NCBI GenBank assembly: GCA_024679065.1
Contig: JAGIQG010000005.1
Span: forward strand, 102,486,001 to 102,550,000
Length of the DNA stretch: 64,000 nt
From: Sphyrna mokarran
Lineage: Eukaryota
Direction of reading: 5' to 3'
The translations under genes were made by a program, and so were the position numbers. Position 1 is the stretch's first letter; each line of letters opens with the position of its first letter. Under the pieces are notes generated by a model that saw only the letters and a list, made by a program, of their open reading frames with translations, was not told where the DNA came from and did not search any database. Below are positions 12,573 to 24,880 of this stretch, piece after piece.

Positions 12573-14939
12573 AGTCTTCTGTGGAAGAATTTGCTGCTCT
12601 CCTGCACGCGTACAGATCAGTGCACGTGCACACTTTGGATATTGGTGGTCTTTGTTCTTTGTTCTTTCTTTGCCATTTTACGTAGCCATCACTTGTTGGC
12701 AGGAAAGATAGTGATTTCCAAGCCATATAATCACTTGGATAGTGGGCTTTCCCGCCCCACTAATTAAATGGCCAATGAACCCCATCCAATTAAGGCAGCC
12801 TTTCTAGATATGACAGCCAATAGGACTGACAGGCCAGCAGTCCCACTGTCAGAGGTAGGAGTAGCTGACGTAGGTAGGATAGAGAAAGAGGGCACTTAGA
12901 TGGAGGAATTCTCTGAGGAACTTGTACAAATTTTACAATCAAACCACAATTGCTAAGCTGTCATTGTGGGGGGGGGCCTCCCCTCTGCTGGTTGCCCTGT
13001 GCCACAGCTGTGACCTAATAGCTGCGGCAGATGCAGGGTCAGCAGAACGGCCTTTAAGGAATCTAATTGGCTACTCACTGTTTGCAGGGGAGTGGGGTGG
13101 GAGGTAGCTGCCATACCACATGCATATCTAATTCAGCTTGTTCCAAATTAGCCCAGAGACAGGAATGCAAAATTATGGTCTCCCTCACCTCCAGATCTGT
13201 CTCTGCAGCCAAACAAAAGTTCAGTTCATTGTCTATGTGTCAATTACTTTCTAGGGAATTTCTAATGCTTCCTCTCCCGTACTCCTGAAATAAATATTTT
13301 TCTTCATAAATAAAACAATGGCATTTTACAATAATCTACTGCAGATTGAATTCCAGTTTTCACAAAGTAATTGCATCATAAATGTAATCTGTCAAAATCT
13401 GCCATCAACTACAATGAGTGCTTCATCAGTATTCTCTCTGACCCCATCAATACTACCCATGAGACATGCTAGAAATGGGGAGAGGAATATATCTTCACAA
13501 CACAACAAATTATTACTTTTTAACTGACACTGATGTAGTTATAAATTAAAGCAGAACACGGGTTCATAAAGCAATTACAGAGAAAGTAATCACTGAGCAG
13601 CAGAGAATTATTCGAGTTTTGCTCTTGAGATTAAGGACACAATCTGAAGCATTGGACAATATTAATTTCTTCAATCATCCACACACCCACTTCCTTGAAT
13701 CAGTCAGCATTTGAGTCTATGGGCAAAGTACTGGGAAATATCTCTTGTGGCCATAAGGCAATATATGAAAACATTTAACATAAATTTAAAAAAAAAGTCA
13801 GCATTAAATATGAAACTTGCAAAGCTGGAAACCAGTGACCTTTGGAAAAATTATTTGTCACTTGAGTACATAAACATTAACTGGCACCAAAAATAGAATT
13901 AAACTGAGGACACCACACCCTCCTGTTACACAGTGGAAAAACTGTTCCATTATTAATTGATTGCCAATGCTTTTCATTCACTGTACTGTATATAAGCTTA
14001 ATGTGCAGACCTTGGGGCCTCCACTGTGAAAATTTGCAATTTGCAAGATGGGTTAAAACACATACAACCTTGTAATGCCATTGTAACGGGGTGTACAAAT
14101 CTACAAAAATTCAGCCCAAGTATTTTGCCTTTTGGACACTAAATGATTGCATATTCTGCCAATTGACTACAAATGGATGTAAAATTCAGTCCTGCATGCT
14201 GATTACTGGTGCTCTGTAATTTCACAGACTGACACCATGTGGACTTAAGGCCCATTAATAATTGAAAACAAAAGCCATAAAATGAAAAAAAATCAATACA
14301 AAGCTTCAGACACATTTTATCGATATCCCGAGGGAAACCAACCATTTGATTGCAGGGTGTTACAGAAGAAATTTCCAGACTGAACAGCATTCCTACGATA
14401 AAATCAATCAGTTTGGAAAATGTTTTACCAAGATCTTAATCAACTAAAAACCCTCAGTAATGGTAAAATGGTGACTGTCAGGGGAACTGCTGATTATATT
14501 TGCATTCTGCGTTATAACTATTGTAAATCTAATGAGCAATTAAAAAGAACTGTTAAAACTTAATCGATTTTGATAAACGGAATAATTAGAGATAAGAGTC
14601 ACTAAAGCTTTCACCAGTTCCTGCTTTTCTCAGATTTTGCCAATCAGCTAGCATACAAATGGGCATTTCATTTTATTTATTATCTGGGTTTCACTTTCTT
14701 ATACCATGGTATCGTTTATATCTTTCTGAGGGTGGCACATGAAGTCTCTGTTAATGGATTCAAGAAGCCATTGTTTCTGTCATAAAACAAATCTTTACCG
14801 GCTTTGTCTTTTACTCAATTACTGTTCTCCTTCTCTACCTATATTGGACCAAGTTCAGTCCAAGTTGGGTTTGATCTAAACTCTGAGGCAGTCATGATCA
14901 CAATTCTTATGTCGCAATCCTCCAGGGCCGCACAATATT

Positions 14940-16288
14940 TGTGAAGATGAAACAAAAAGAACTGAGAGAGCAAAACTGATATAAAAACAGGGAATGCCAA
15001 AAATGCACAGTAGCTCCCTTAGCATCTGAAAGAGAAAAGCTAGGCCTCCCATGGTGATTGTCCCTTTAAGAATCAATCTGCAGAATAAGGGTCATGCGAC
15101 CTTGGGAACCAATCAGCAAGCAAGATAGGGGGATCGGTACAGTAAGTGCAGGTTTCAGTACAGAGAGTCTTCTTGGCAACTGAATGCAGTCATAAGGCTA
15201 CAAGCCTCTCTATAGGTTCAACCTGTAAATAAATAAATTGTATTTTCCCTAAACTGGTGAATGAGCATCTTTACATCTGGCAATATGAAAAAAAAATCCC
15301 CTGACTGTGAGTATCCAGTTTACATTGAAGTTGAGAAAAGAAAAAAGTACTTACTAAGATGTCCCTCTTTGGATAGATAGATCCATTGACTCCCTTGGAG
15401 AACTTGGCACAATATGCAGATCAATACACAAGATATTACTTCCAAGTCAACCAAATTAGAAGAAGAGGTGAAGCACAAGGCACATCTTTTAAGTGACTGT
15501 GGAACCCAAATTTAGATTCACTATTTCATAATCACAAGCGTTCCTGACTCCAAATAATTCAATAAACTCATGGAATTGGTGAAATCACATTTAGTCATAC
15601 TTCAAAGATTCAAGTTTAATTGGGGAGGGCGGGTGGGGTGTGCAGTTGAAATGATTGTGACTTTTTCACTTAACAGATATTGGAACATTGCAATTTTGGA
15701 GCTATTTGAATAATATGTTACAAGACAGTTTCGTTTGCAGGGTAAATAATGAGGTGATTCAATGAAGATTACTTGCAGACATCAATATAAATTTTAAATA
15801 AGCAGTGGCGATAGTTCGGGCAATGGAAAGTGCTGAAGAAAAGAGCCAGGCTGCACAAAATACTGTTCACCAGTTAGGGTGGGAACCTGCAGTCAACAGT
15901 GGTGCCAAAACCAAAGAAATAGCCACGAGGTAGGAAATCAGTCAATCCACAAATAAGACAAGAAGATTTAGAAGATGCAATCAATCAGCAAAGTTTGAAG
16001 TGGAATGTTAGCACTGTGGAGATAACTGTACTCTAAATCCTGTAGGAAGGTTGAGTGTTGTTTTTGCCATAGGAGTGATCACTACTGTGATAGATGAGTA
16101 TACATATCAGTACTTGAAAGGAAAGGGTTCAAGCATTGAAATTAATGATTATCCCTTTTAAATGCAGCCTTTAATATTCAGTCATTTCAGGAATTAATTG
16201 AGGCCATGAGGCTGCAATCTTCAATAAAATTTTAACTTAAATAAATGTGTTGTGTTTTCCCTAAACTGGTGAATGAGTATTTTTACCA
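14940..16288 (+). mobile_element. Decayed, internally deleted Gypsy-type LTR retrotransposon
   Basis: 5' LTR at 14940-15275 has TG..CA ends (tgtgaagatg / catctttaca), AATAAA, and tggc immediately after (PBS-like). Gag relics: MSLFG*IDP..., LNNMLQDSFVCRVNNEVIQ*RLLADININFK*AVAIVRAMESAEE. A 3' LTR remnant at about 16200-16288 repeats ttttccctaaactggtgaatgag. Confidence 0.8.
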
Positions 16289-17151
16289 CCAACCTTTTAA
16301 GTTGGCACTGGGCTGCATTAATCTGTCTTTCTCTTGCACTTTTTTCATTGTTAGGAAAACATCATTGAGTTCAATACTGGTGTTTACATATTTATATTTT
16401 GAATCAATATAATAATGAATATTGTTAATTTTAAACTGCTTGATGACTGTCTGTAAAAGGTTACGTAAGATATATTAATTGTTTACTCTATTGGCATTTT
16501 GGCAACTTGGTGATAGTCAATTAAAGTAATAGTCACATTGTAATGTTATTTCACAAATACATGCAAAATTCATTCAATTTATTAAATGGTTATGGAGGAA
16601 CTCTCATGGTAGGAGGTATTAACGCATCACCAATATTCAATTCCATCAAGATCATTTCAGAATCACATATTATATTCTTTGGTAATTGGATGCTGATTGC
16701 TGCTTCAGCCATTTTTGAGATTAGCAACACATTCTGGTGGATTTTTGCTGTCCCAAACAAACAATCCTTGCCTAATTCTGGATTATTTCAAAAAACAGCA
16801 CCTTCAGCAATACAATGCTCCCTGGGCATTACATTCTCATGTTAGCCAGAATAGATTTTGTTCCTCTTCCACAACAGATAATGATGATACCCAACTCGGT
16901 ATCCCATTATTGATTACTTCTAAAACTATATGCAATAGACGCAATTGAACATGTATGTTAGGGGCATTTTATAAATTTCACTCAATCTTCTTTACCTCTG
17001 GCCTATTTCTCAATTCAGTCGCAGCAAGTAAGTAAAACAGAAATCAACAATGCTTACAACTAGATCAAAATGCATCGGATAAGACCACTGACTTTTGCTT
17101 AAGGATCAATTATTTATTGTATTATCAGTAGGTTATACTCTTCCTGAGGTG

Positions 17152-17455
17152 TTAGCAAATTGATACAGTGGTTGGCACTGCTAGCTCCAAGTGTCATCAA
17201 CACAGATTCAGTTCTTGGCTTGGATCATTGTCTGTGTGGAGATTGCACGTTCTCTCCGTGTGTGTGTGAGTTTTCACCGGGTGCTCCAGTTTCCTCCAAC
17301 ATCCAAAAGTCTTGTTGGTTAAGTGCATTGGCCATGCTAAATTCTCCCTCAATGTACCCAAATAGGTGCTGGACTGTGGTGACCAGAGATTTTCATAGTA
17401 ACTTTGTTGTGGTATTACTGTAAGCCTACTTGTGACACTAATAAATAAACTTTAA
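17152..17455 (+). mobile_element. V-SINE with non-CR1 3' tail
   Basis: tRNA head and V-domain (ttctctccgtgt...tgctccagtttcctcc...ggccatgctaaattctccc), then tail ...gtaagcctacttgtgacactaataaataaa. Confidence 0.85.
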
Positions 17456-17459
17456 CTTT

Positions 17460-17685
17460 AGTCTCTGGAAATCTCTTCCTCAAAAAGCTGTGGAAGCAGT
17501 CTTTGAATATTTCCAATGCAGAGTTAGTAACCTTTCACCTCTTTGTTAATCAAAAGGCTATTGGGAGTAGGCAGAAATGTGGAGTTGAAGGTAAAAGCAG
17601 ATCAGCCACGATCGTATTGAATGGCAGCATAGGCTCAAGGTGTCCTCTTTACCCCCAAGTTGCATATTCACATGTTCATATGTAA
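17460..17685 (+). mobile_element. Old CR1 3' end
   Basis: ctcttcctcaaaaagctgtggaagcag...agatcagccacgatcgtattgaatggcagcataggctcaagg. Confidence 0.7.
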
Positions 17686-17767
17686 GGATTGTAATATCTG
17701 GCAGTCAAGTTGCAAATCACTTCAATAATTTTCATGTAATGTAGGTCATTAAAAAGGTTGGCTCTTC

Positions 17768-17912
17768 TTTCATGGGATGTGTGTGTTGCTGACATGGATG
17801 GCATTTGTTGCCCATCACTAAATGCCGTTGAACTGAGTGACTTACTAGGCTATTTCAGAAGGCAGTTAAGTGTCAAACACACTGCTATGGGTCTGGAATC
17901 ACATGTAGGCCT
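17768..17912 (-). mobile_element. SINE/LINE 3' tail fragment (same tail as 9362-10340 and 60698-61007)
   Basis: ttcatgggatgtg...gcatttgttgcccatcactaaatgcc...ctggaatcacatgtaggcc. Confidence 0.65.
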
Positions 17913-18194
17913 ACAGGACAAAATTCCTAAATGAACTTGGGATCATAAAGTCAAGTTTTTCATACATATCACTTTATGCGTTATATCATTTCACAATTGT
18001 CTATTCTAACTCCATTTAACTTTGACTTTTCAGAGCAGATGTTCTTGACTCCTGTATTAAATAAATCCCTTCTGGAATTAAATTACCAGCTTTTGTCACT
18101 TAGAGTCTTGTATCGTTGAAATGTCTCAAAGTGCTTCACTAAATGAATTTTAGAGTCCAATGGCTTGTTACTTAGACAAATTTTGAATATTAAT

Positions 18195-18670
18195 GATTAA
18201 TAAATGCGTAAGAAAAACCAAGCTGTGGCAGATGAGGTTCGGGATGGGGAAGTGTGAAGTCATCCATTTTGGACCAAGAAAGTTGGTCAGAGTGTCCACT
18301 GAGTGGTGAGATGTTGTGAAGGAGCAGAGTAGATTTAAGAGTCCACATACAGAAATCTTCTTTATCTCCATGAAAGAAGAGTAGAGCACAAGGGGACATA
18401 AAGTTTGAAGCTGGGCTGTTAGTGTTGATGTTGGGAAACACTTCCTTACACAAAGGACAGTGGAAATCTGAAGCTCTCTCCCTCAAAAAGCTGTGGAGGC
18501 TGGATCAGAGGACAACTGAGACTGATAAGTTTTTGTTGGATAAGAGATATGTTGTTATTAAGAGATATGGACCTAAGGCAGGGATGGATTAAAAATTCAA
18601 AGCAACCATGACCTGATTAAATGGCAGATCAGGCTCAATAGGCCTGAATAGATTCCTCTTGTTTCTATGT
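18195..18670 (+). mobile_element. Old CR1, internally deleted RT plus 3' end
   Basis: tggcagatgaggttc...aagtgtgaagtcatccattttgg (WQM.F...KCEVIHFG), aggggacataaagttt, and a CR1 tail. Confidence 0.75.
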
Positions 18671-19324
18671 CAAAATTCAACCAAATTCAGAAGTTCTATT
18701 TGTAAAATAATGAGGACAGTGTTAGGAAGAAATAAATTACCTATAGATTTGTGTAAAATATTTGCTGTGGAGGTAAAGTATCAAATAACTAGTACATGTT
18801 TTTGGAATGCTGTTACAGCCTGCTGGTCAAGAAAATAGATCGATCCATGAAACAGTCAGTACAGCACTTAGTTATATGAAAATATTTATTATTTATCAGG
18901 TTGCATTATCAAAGAGATAGTATGAAGGTCTAAAAGCTGTTTTTACATTACTGTTCAACCATTGGCTTTTGTAGCATTGGTCTTCTGCACCTAACAGCTC
19001 CAGCAAAGTATGCCAGAATATTTTAGACTACTGTGAATAAAAGCCTTTTTGATGGACTTTACCAGCTAGCTGTCATAGGGCTAGTAAATGCTGCAATGGC
19101 AATAGGGTGCTGCATTGTTATCATGGTGGAGCATCATGTCATCATGCACATTATTTTCCCTTAATCTTATTAATAGAACATTGTGACATGACTCCATGCA
19201 CACTAACTGATCAAAATGTCACAACCAGTCTGTGTCAATATGGAATGTTGGCAACCAGTCCCGTAGGAAAACCAATTACAAGATACAAATAAGCACAGAG
19301 AAATGTCTTACCAGTTTCTAATAA

Positions 19325-19485
19325 GATATAGAAAACATAAAAAATCTTCAGCCCTTTGAGCCTGCTCTGCCATTCCACCTGATCATGGTTGATTATAGCC
19401 TGAGTACATCTTCCCCTCTGCCTCCCCTGTCCTTTGAACCTCTTCACCTCAAGTGCTATGTCTAACTTCTTCTTGAAAACATGCA
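19325..19485 (-). mobile_element. CR1 3' tail fragment
   Basis: ttcagccctttgagcctgctctgccattccacctgatcatggttgat. Confidence 0.65.
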
Positions 19486-19487
19486 AG

Positions 19488-20425
19488 GAACAATTCTCTC
19501 AAAAAAATTCAAACTTGAATTTGTGTAAAAACTGGGGTAAATCATGCTGGTTTTTTTCAGTGCTAGTGTCAAAATGAATCTCCCATACTCTGTGCACTGC
19601 TGAGTGCCCTAGTGTAAATCAGTCCAAAAATCAGTGGGCAGGGTCTATTCCACTGGAGAGGCCGGCAGCGAAGCGGAGAGTGGGCCACTGTGCTTGTGCC
19701 GATCTCTTAGTGCTGACATTGATGCATACATAGTGGCCCCTGTCTGCTGGCCTCCTGGTCACTGGCCAGCTTGATCCTGATGTAGAGATGCCGGCGTTGG
19801 ACTGGGGTAAACTCAGTAAAGTTTTACAACACCAATTTTAAATCCAACCAATTTATTTGATAGTAAATCCTCGCGGATTTACTCACATTGTTAGCCACTT
19901 TAACACTTGAATAGCAGGTTAGATGTAAGGATTCGCATTCTAATCAGCAATCTGTAACTGTCTGTGTGGATATGAGGGCCTCTGCAGATCAGAACACTGC
20001 ATTTGCCTGACGAAGGCACATAGTGTCAAAAGCTCGCAGATTTACTATCAAATAAATTGGTTGGATTTAAAATTGGTGTTGTAAAACTTTACTCAGCTTG
20101 ATCCTGGCCAGCCCCGCGATCTCTGTGTTGCTGGCCCTTGTCCTCCCACAGCCCGATTGCTAGCCCTGAACATGCCTGGATCAGCGTCAAAACCCACCCG
20201 TCCTCCGCCACCGCAGCCCCAATTTCCATATCTGCCCCCTCCCTCGCAGCCCTGACAACCCCGCCCCCACGCCTGCCCCCACCATAGGCTGTACACTCCC
20301 ACTCTGATGCCCAGCTCTGATTGTTAGCCTCCCTTCCTCCGTCGCTCAGCCCAAACTGCAGAGTGACAGTGGGACTCCGAACTTCATACATCACCCCCAG
20401 CTACTTCCTGTGGTAGAGAATTGGA
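19488..20425. mobile_element. GC-rich MITE-like / non-autonomous DNA-transposon relic hosting a Penelope-derived insertion
   Basis: GC-rich block bounded by caattctctc... and ...agagaattg (inverted ends), interrupted at 19780-20093. Confidence 0.5.
19780..20093. mobile_element. Penelope-derived fold-back element (family A) with hammerhead-like core
   Basis: 13-bp TSD cagcttgatcctg (19767-19779 / 20094-20106). Perfect 55-bp inverted repeat (19815-19869 / 20039-20093). ctgacga-a-ggcac-ata-gtgtc-aaaa at 20007-20031. Confidence 0.8.
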
Positions 20426-20744
20426 CAGTTTGGCCACACTCTGGGTAGGATCTGAGCTGCAATTTCAGTATGTAAAGAGAAAGTATTGGTACAATTTAAA
20501 GAGTATATCTGGCCTCACATACAATACTCTGAATTTTTGATCACTTAATCATTTGAAAGATATTAATGCACTTCAGAAGATATCAAAATTATGAAGAAAA
20601 ATTGGGCTTCTTTTCGTTGAAAAAGGAATTTTTATCAGTGATCAGTTTGCAGTTTTTAAGAACATGTGGAGATGTGGTGAGGCACATTATCCATTATCGT
20701 TAAAAATGACGGAGGAATAAGAAGGGTAGTCAGGTCCACCTTTT

Positions 20745-21072
20745 CATAGAGTCATAGGAACCTTACAGTGCAGAAGGAGGCCATTTGGTCCATCAAGTCT
20801 GCACTGACAACAATCCCATCCAGGCCCAATCCCTGTTACCCCACATATTTACCCAGTTAATACCTCTAACCTATGCATCCTGGAATACTAAGGGGCAATT
20901 TATCATAGCCAATCAACCTAACTTGCACATCTTTGGAGTGTGGGAGGAAAGTGGAGCACTGAGAAAAAATCCACGCAGGAGAATGTGCAAACTCTGCACA
21001 GACAGCGAGCCAAGCTGGGAATAGAAATCAAGTTCCTGGAGTTTTGAGGCAGCAGTGCTAACCACTGTGCCA
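20745..21072 (-). mobile_element. V-SINE (HE1-like) with CR1-type tail, nested in very old CR1 remnants
   Basis: catagagtcatagg...cagtgcagaaggaggccatt...acatctttggagtgtgggaggaaa...ggcagcagtgctaaccactgtgcca. Confidence 0.9.
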
Positions 21073-23178
21073 TTCATTCTCATTTGGAATAGAGATGGAG
21101 AATGGATTGTCAAGAAAGCCCACAAAAGGGTGTGGAATGAATTTCAAAACATAGGGTTTTTCTGGAGAGGGAAGGGATGATAAAATGTTAGAAGTTAAGT
21201 GTGTGGCGTAACATGTCAAAACTCGTTCAGCAAGGCCTTAAGAGTTTTCCATGGCTCAAGACATGTTATGGTCTTTTTGATTTCAAATGAGATAAAGAGG
21301 TAAAGAAATCCAGCCTAGATTCTCATGTGCTCCAGTGATTGTTTTTTCACTGCATTTCTTCATTAACAGGGTTCATTTGGACTTTGACTTTATTTTAGTC
21401 AATATATGACAATTCTTGTTACAGTTGACTGATTGGATTCATGTTAATGATTATTGGAAATTCTATAATAAGTGCTCATTTTTCTATCGACAGTTCATAG
21501 CCATAAACAAGGAATAGCAAAATTCACACAAAATAGATGTAAGAATTTCTGTTTAATTTACGAATCTTGAGTTCCTTTTCGCTGAACTGATAGTGGACTA
21601 ATAACATGGGACCCTGCACAGGGACAGTGCCCTCTACTGTTGGGTGTACATAGTTTGTTCAGCACTCAGAGCACAGATGTAATAAGCAGTTAATAGTGAG
21701 TCCACAAGGAGAATACATTGAGACATACTCAGGATCACGCCTATGAAATGTTATGTAAATTTCATTCTTTGTCATGTACTCAGTTTTTTAACAATGCTTC
21801 TTCTAAATAATGCTCCAGTTGTACTGTTGTTGTCAGATTGTGCAGCAATATTAGCTTAACCATGGTATCACAAGATGATTTTTGTAGCTTGTTTCATTAA
21901 ATTGGTCACTTCATGGATCCATGGTGCAGCGTGACTAAATTCTGGTCATTAAAGAAGATATATTTCAAGCGCACTGAACACATACAAGGAAAAAGAAAAC
22001 TTGCTGAGAAGGCAATTAAAGGCCATAATTCAATCAAAGAGCTTTGTACTGAGTTGTATATATTACAGGAGCATTGCTCTTGTGGTTTATGACCTTATTA
22101 AAATCTTCAAATTAAATTACAGCCCCATAACTCCTTCTAAACTAACATTTTTTCTACTTGGATAAAAATCAGGAAAGACATTTTTCATTTCTCCAAATTA
22201 GGGAGCTATAAAACAGTGGAATTGAAATACATTTTTTAAAACATCTAACTTAAACCAAGTATGCTGTAAGCAGCTAAGGGATCTGCTAATAATTTTTACT
22301 TACAGCTAGTCTTTTCAGGTTTTCAATAAATTTTACAGACTATTTGTAAAACTATACAAATCTACAACAAACTTAATGGAGTAATATTGTAAACCATTAA
22401 TCGGAACATCTAATGAATAGAACCTTAATTCATTGCTTAGGTAATCTCATTGCCTCATAATTTCAAGATGTCAATCTTATTGTTGCTTATTTGAGAGTAC
22501 TTCTTCAGGCAAGAACAAACCCATTGTCATCAGGAATTCCTGGTGTTTGGGACATAAACATGTGTCTATTAAAATATAACTTTAAAATGGAAATATAGCA
22601 AATAATCCATCGAAATTCATAAGCCTAATGGTGTAAAGCAGAATCTTTGTTAGTGTTCTTATGTTATTGTTCAAGATGAATCAAAGATGGACTAATTATC
22701 AGGAACCAGTTTACAGCAATTTGCCTTTCAAAACATTTCCAATATACTTAGATTGAATCTTTGACATTGTCAAAAACTTTAGATTTGAGAAATTCTTAAT
22801 AGTAGTGCTCTTTAAAGCGCTACTTTATCATTAATAATGTCAACAGTAATGAAAATCTTCTGGAATTCTGTTCTGACTCATAATCAGTCGTAACTTATTT
22901 AATTTAGCTGTTGTGTGCACATCAGTTTACGGACAATATATTTCATCCGTGAGTCTGTATTATTAAGTTTGCTGTCATAGCAAAAATATAAATGTAAGGT
23001 TTGAAATGAACATTCTCATCAGCTTCAATCAATGCTTAAAAGAACTGCTGCAGATAGTGGATGGAATTTAATGTGGCCTTCTTGCATAGGCTGTATATGT
23101 AGAATTGGAACAGGGTACCCTGGAGCAGATGTCAGGCGTACGTTATACCTATGGCAGGAACCCTCCAAGATGGCAGCG

Positions 23179-23225
23179 TCACTATGACTAGGCAGGAAAC
23201 CTAGTTTCCTGCCTAGTCATAGTGA
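23179..23225. repeat. Perfect 22-bp inverted repeat (hairpin, 3-nt loop)
   Basis: tcactatgactaggcaggaaac-cta-gtttcctgcctagtcatagtga. Confidence 0.97.
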
Positions 23226-24141
23226 GCTGTTTGTGCAAATAATTAACAATTATTGAAATGCACCCAAATGTGCTCTGAATTCGACAGGAATGAGGATCCA
23301 GGTCAATGAGATTCTAAAGCCAATGGCATCCAGATGAAGCCTGAGGTTCGCATCATTATGACAGGTCCTAAGCAAGGCTCCCTAGTTGATTAACTTTCCA
23401 AATGAAACCCCAATTTTGTTATGCTCCCTGGGTGAGGAGGAACTGACTGGTTCTTTATTCAATACCTCAAGGATGATCCATTGGCTTTTGCTTCTCAAAC
23501 AGAGGCTTTTTGTCTAACTGCGACAATGGTCTCTGTTCCCCATTCAACAATCAAAACACTGAAGGCAGCCCCAATATGACTAACCTTCACGTATTTTCAT
23601 GACGATGCATTACTGCCCCAAAATATTTATGGGCATTGCCAAGAATGTAAAATAACCCCCTTCCGGAAAGTTCCTGTGTGGATTATAGTGAGTCCCAAGA
23701 GAGACCATGGAACATTGCACCAGGAGGGTGTCAGGGCCTAATCAAGCAGAGACACTTCAAAGAGGAGGTAAAAAAATACAAATAACTGAACTTTAATCTC
23801 CTGTAGTTGCAACAACAATGGAGGCTGATTGTTGCATCTCAGCACACCCAAAAACCCATTTGCTGCTGATTTATATCTCAGGATGTGATTTGAGTTCAAA
23901 GAAAACTGACTATGGAGTGAAAAACATGTGTGTTCCCTTTCAGGAATAGACAGGGAAATGGGATAAAAGCTAACTGTAGACTTGATCTGCGTGCACTGGA
24001 GCTGAGCTGTCAAAGTGTGTGTGTGTGTGAGAGGCATGAGATTTGAAGATGGTACTGACCATCACTGGCATTGACAGTCCCTATAACCTAGAACTCTATG
24101 CATCCAGCTTGTTGCAGAGATCCAGCAGAGACATGAGTGCA

Positions 24142-24155
24142 GTTGCCATGGCAGC
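24142..24155. promoter_or_regulatory. Near-consensus RFX X-box
   Basis: gttgccatggcagc, 13/14 match to GTTGCCATGGCAAC, in apparently non-repetitive DNA. Confidence 0.35.
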
Positions 24156-24764
24156 AACTCGTCATTGCACTGAATAGGTGACTAATTTATGGTTCAAGAA
24201 GGCCACAGAGTTTGTGCATTGTCAAATTGACTCTGATAGTCAGCTGGAGGAGTTCTTCAGCTCTGGGGCAGAGTTTCCTCTAGTGCAAACTGTTATTAAT
24301 TGTACGGTATTGATCCAAGCTCTCTCAGACTAGCCAAGTCTGTGATCACCAGAAGCTTATCCAGCAGGTGTATTCTTTCCCTGAAAACTGTCACTTTAAG
24401 TGAATCAGCCTTATGTGAATCACATGAATCAATATCAAAGTTGGAATTGGGCTCCATCAGGCATTTCTCGCGTGGAAATAGACAAAGGGAAGGTTGAAAT
24501 ATTGTAATATATGTATGCAGCAGTGTGCATTCCTATCTGAAATAGCACACAAACTGAAATGACTTACAAAAGAGATGCTGAAAAAAAATCAAGTGAGATA
24601 GCACTCTCTGTCATCGATCCCTTGGTTCAGGGATGACTTGCTTCTTCCCGATGTTTTCTCTCTTCAGAGATACTTTGAGGACATTCCTAAAGTGTTTCAA
24701 TGGAGAAGGCTTGGAATGATTTAAACTTTGATGCTGGGTATATTGCCTAGAGGGAGCTCCTAGC

Positions 24765-24880
24765 TGTAGCATCACAGTGGGTAGCTCAAGCACTCCAGGA
24801 ATATTGATTGCTTGTTCTCCATCCTCAAAATGTTCCAAAACATCCAGATTCATTGTTTGGCTGAAAATGTCTTGATTTCA
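24765..24880 (-). mobile_element. Tigger/pogo transposase N-terminal HTH relic
   Basis: NLDVLEHFEDGEQAINIPGVLELPTV resembles the KLDVLKRFE.GERAVDIARALGLP psq-type HTH. Confidence 0.5.

Noticed and set aside
20089-20394. GC-rich ORFs / apparent CpG island
   Set aside because: Internal to a repeat that hosts the Penelope-derived insertion. No evidence for a gene promoter.
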